A DNA stretch of 63,570 nucleotides, counting the filler, from Craspedostauros australis (taxonomy: Eukaryota), in the NCBI GenBank assembly GCA_030167865.1. It is 19 parts of 19 records of this genome, joined end to end, with 100 filler letters (N's around TTAATTAATTAA, not from the genome) between each part and the next. Parts side by side here need not be neighbours in the genome. Positions count along the whole stretch, not along the records: positions 56,315 to 62,151 come from JALAGF010001197.1; positions 62,252 to 63,570 come from JALAGF010001202.1; 17 more parts are not named here. One strand, written 5' to 3'. Numbering within the stretch: position 1 is the first letter of the stretch; every line of letters starts with the position of its first letter. The notes beneath the pieces are model-generated. The model had not been told where the DNA came from. It saw only the letters and a program-made list of their open reading frames with translations, and did no database searches. The position numbers and the translations under genes were made by a program. Shown here piece by piece: positions 61,594 through 63,570 of the stretch.

Positions 61594-62251
61594 GGTGATG
61601 GCGAGATACTCCATCGGAGCATCTGATTCAGGATAGCACCATTATTCACACCATTCAGTGAACATGCCAACAGTATCACACGCGAAGGAGTAATAGAAGT
61701 GCATTAGTTCCACATGATGTTGCTTTCTGCAATTGTACTGCCGCGACCCAGGTACGCATGATTCCGTCCTTGCCTGGTGGGATTATCCCTTCGTGGACCA
61801 GCCCTAAAGGATCTGTCAGAGCCATTATAAAGCCTCCGTGTTAAATTTCTACAGCTTTTCCCTACCATGTCCTACGTATGAAAACTAATTCTGTACCTGT
61901 CTCTAAACTGGATTTTAGACTGTAATGGTCAGTTCACTCTCTTCAGAGTTGGTGATACTCTCGTCATCCTTCCCATGAAATACATTCCAGTGCAGCTTAC
62001 AGACATGGATTCCACACACACTGCACACCCTTCTGACTCTGCTTGGTTCGTGTGTGGGCCTCCCTTCAAGCTTTGCTTTTGCTTTAAGATAAGAACAGTA
62101 TCTGCAAGTCTTCTGGCTTCCGTCCCTGCTGATGATCTCCTTGTGATCTTCNNNNNNNNNNNNNNNNNNNNNNNNNNNNNNNNNNNNNNNNNNNNTTAAT
62201 TAATTAANNNNNNNNNNNNNNNNNNNNNNNNNNNNNNNNNNNNNNNNNNNN

Positions 62252-63570
62252 GTCGAAGTAATGGCCGATGTGTCGAGTGATGTTGACATGGTGTGGCCAA
62301 AGGTGGCCGATGTCGATGGGGCGCATTGTGGTGCCTGGAAGTGGGTCGTCGTCCTCCGAGGACGAGTCGGAGTGATTGCTCATCATGAGGATGTGGTGCT
62401 CGTTGGTTGGCGTTCCTTTGCTAGCTTCCGCTTCTTCTTGTTCCTTGCGCATCCTGGCTCGGATTTCGAGTTGCTGGATGCGAAGCATCCTTTCCATCTC
62501 GAGGTCGCCCTGCGCCCAACGTCGTTCCTCCCAGGTCAATTCGGTGGTGTCGAGTGTCGCCAGATTTCGGAGCATGGAGTCAGCGTCGCGCACCAGATCG
62601 TGGGCCTTCTGTGTTACCATTTCATTTGTGTGGGTTGTGTAGCGCTGAAGGGTCGCGCGGCAGGTCTGGAGAGCGTGCTTTATGTCTTCCATGGCTTGGT
62701 CCTTGCTAGGTTCACTTGTTGCGATGGTGGTTACGTTTGCGCTGGTTTCGGATGGTTGTGTGACGTCGTCGGCCCAAACCACTTTTCCGCCCAAGGTGTC
62801 GTAGGTGAGGCGCTCAACGGTCCGTCGCTCTCGTGGTGTGCGTTTGTTGATGCGTTCAGAGCGGCGCAGTGGAGGTGTCTTTACTTTCTTCGTCGTGGGT
62901 TGCTCTGTCTGTGCGGTGATGGGTTTGCGCAGCGGTGAAGTCGGAGGAGAGTCGATTGGTGGTTGTATGTCGTCGTCACTGTTGTCGTTGATAACTCCCT
63001 CTGTTGGCGGCAACGGTTCAGCGTGACTTGCTGGGTCTTCTCTGGCTCCCTCTGTCGACGGCATTGGTGGTATCGGCTTGTTGATATCGGTGGTTGTTGG
63101 CGAGCGGCTGATTTGCTGAGGTGGTTGCACTTGGTCGATTGGGGTGGCATCGGTTTTCGTGTGTGATGTTACGGGTTGCCTCAAAATGTGAGTTGGTGAA
63201 TTTTGTTCACTCACAATCGGGGTTCTTGTGTTTGGCGTTTCTGGCAACAATTTTGCTGGCGGATCGTCGTCGTGTGAGGGAAGAAATCGCTGATGATCGG
63301 CTTCATCCTCTCGCTCGATGTCCCGCTCTTCCATAGCAATGACATCATCGTCATCGAACGGTATTTGATACGTAGTGTCGCCAAACATGTGCGCCCATTC
63401 CGTTGAATTGTAGTCTGGGAGATCAACCGGATCAGTCGCTATCGTCGCGAACCAATCGTCAAACACAACGTGAAATTGTGGTGTGATCGATCCTGTCCTC
63501 GGCGAGAGGACCAGCGGAACTGTGGACGCGTGACGAGCGGAGAGTCCCATGTTCACATAGCGCTCCCCAC
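62252..63570 (-). mobile_element. Copia pol fragment: integrase C-terminal domain plus linker
   Basis: YVNMGLSARHASTVPLVLSPRTGSITPQFHVVFDDWFAT, followed by a Pro-rich linker with LRRSER. Confidence 0.85.

Noticed and set aside
6159..62251. Regularly recurring TTAATTAATTAA flanked by Ns as a biological repeat or piggyBac TTAA sites
   Set aside because: It has a constant 44N-12-44N format with stops in all six frames, so it is an assembly linker. ORF ends reading 'LIN' are artefacts.

Overview
Eukaryotic sequence, most likely from a diatom (inferred from CoDi-type copia elements, an Ambal-like LINE, and HA-domain, DUF1800 and AAA_16/STAND gene families). It is not one locus: 18 artificial 100-nt spacers (44 N + TTAATTAATTAA + 44 N) join 19 short, repeat-rich contigs, so neighbourhood across spacers carries no information. 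Mobile elements include four Ty1/copia fragments, two non-LTR retrotransposon fragments, a DIRS/Ngaro-like retroelement, a piggyBac-like transposase fragment and two related LTRs inserted into one host gene, whose empty homologue is also present. Host genes include an HA-domain protein, two DUF1800 haplotypes, three tandem LRR-like paralogues, three STAND/AAA_16 ATPases, a broken ankyrin-BTB gene, a BCS1-like ATPase fragment and a FAD monooxygenase pseudogene. The most striking observation is a degenerate C5 DNA-methyltransferase-like domain in frame between ORF1 and RT of the DIRS/Ngaro-like element. Next are the surface-focused hypervariability in the LRR-like paralogues and ankyrin repeats, and recurrent CGA>TGA nonsense changes suggesting CpG methylation. 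All family assignments come from motif recognition by eye; no searches were run.
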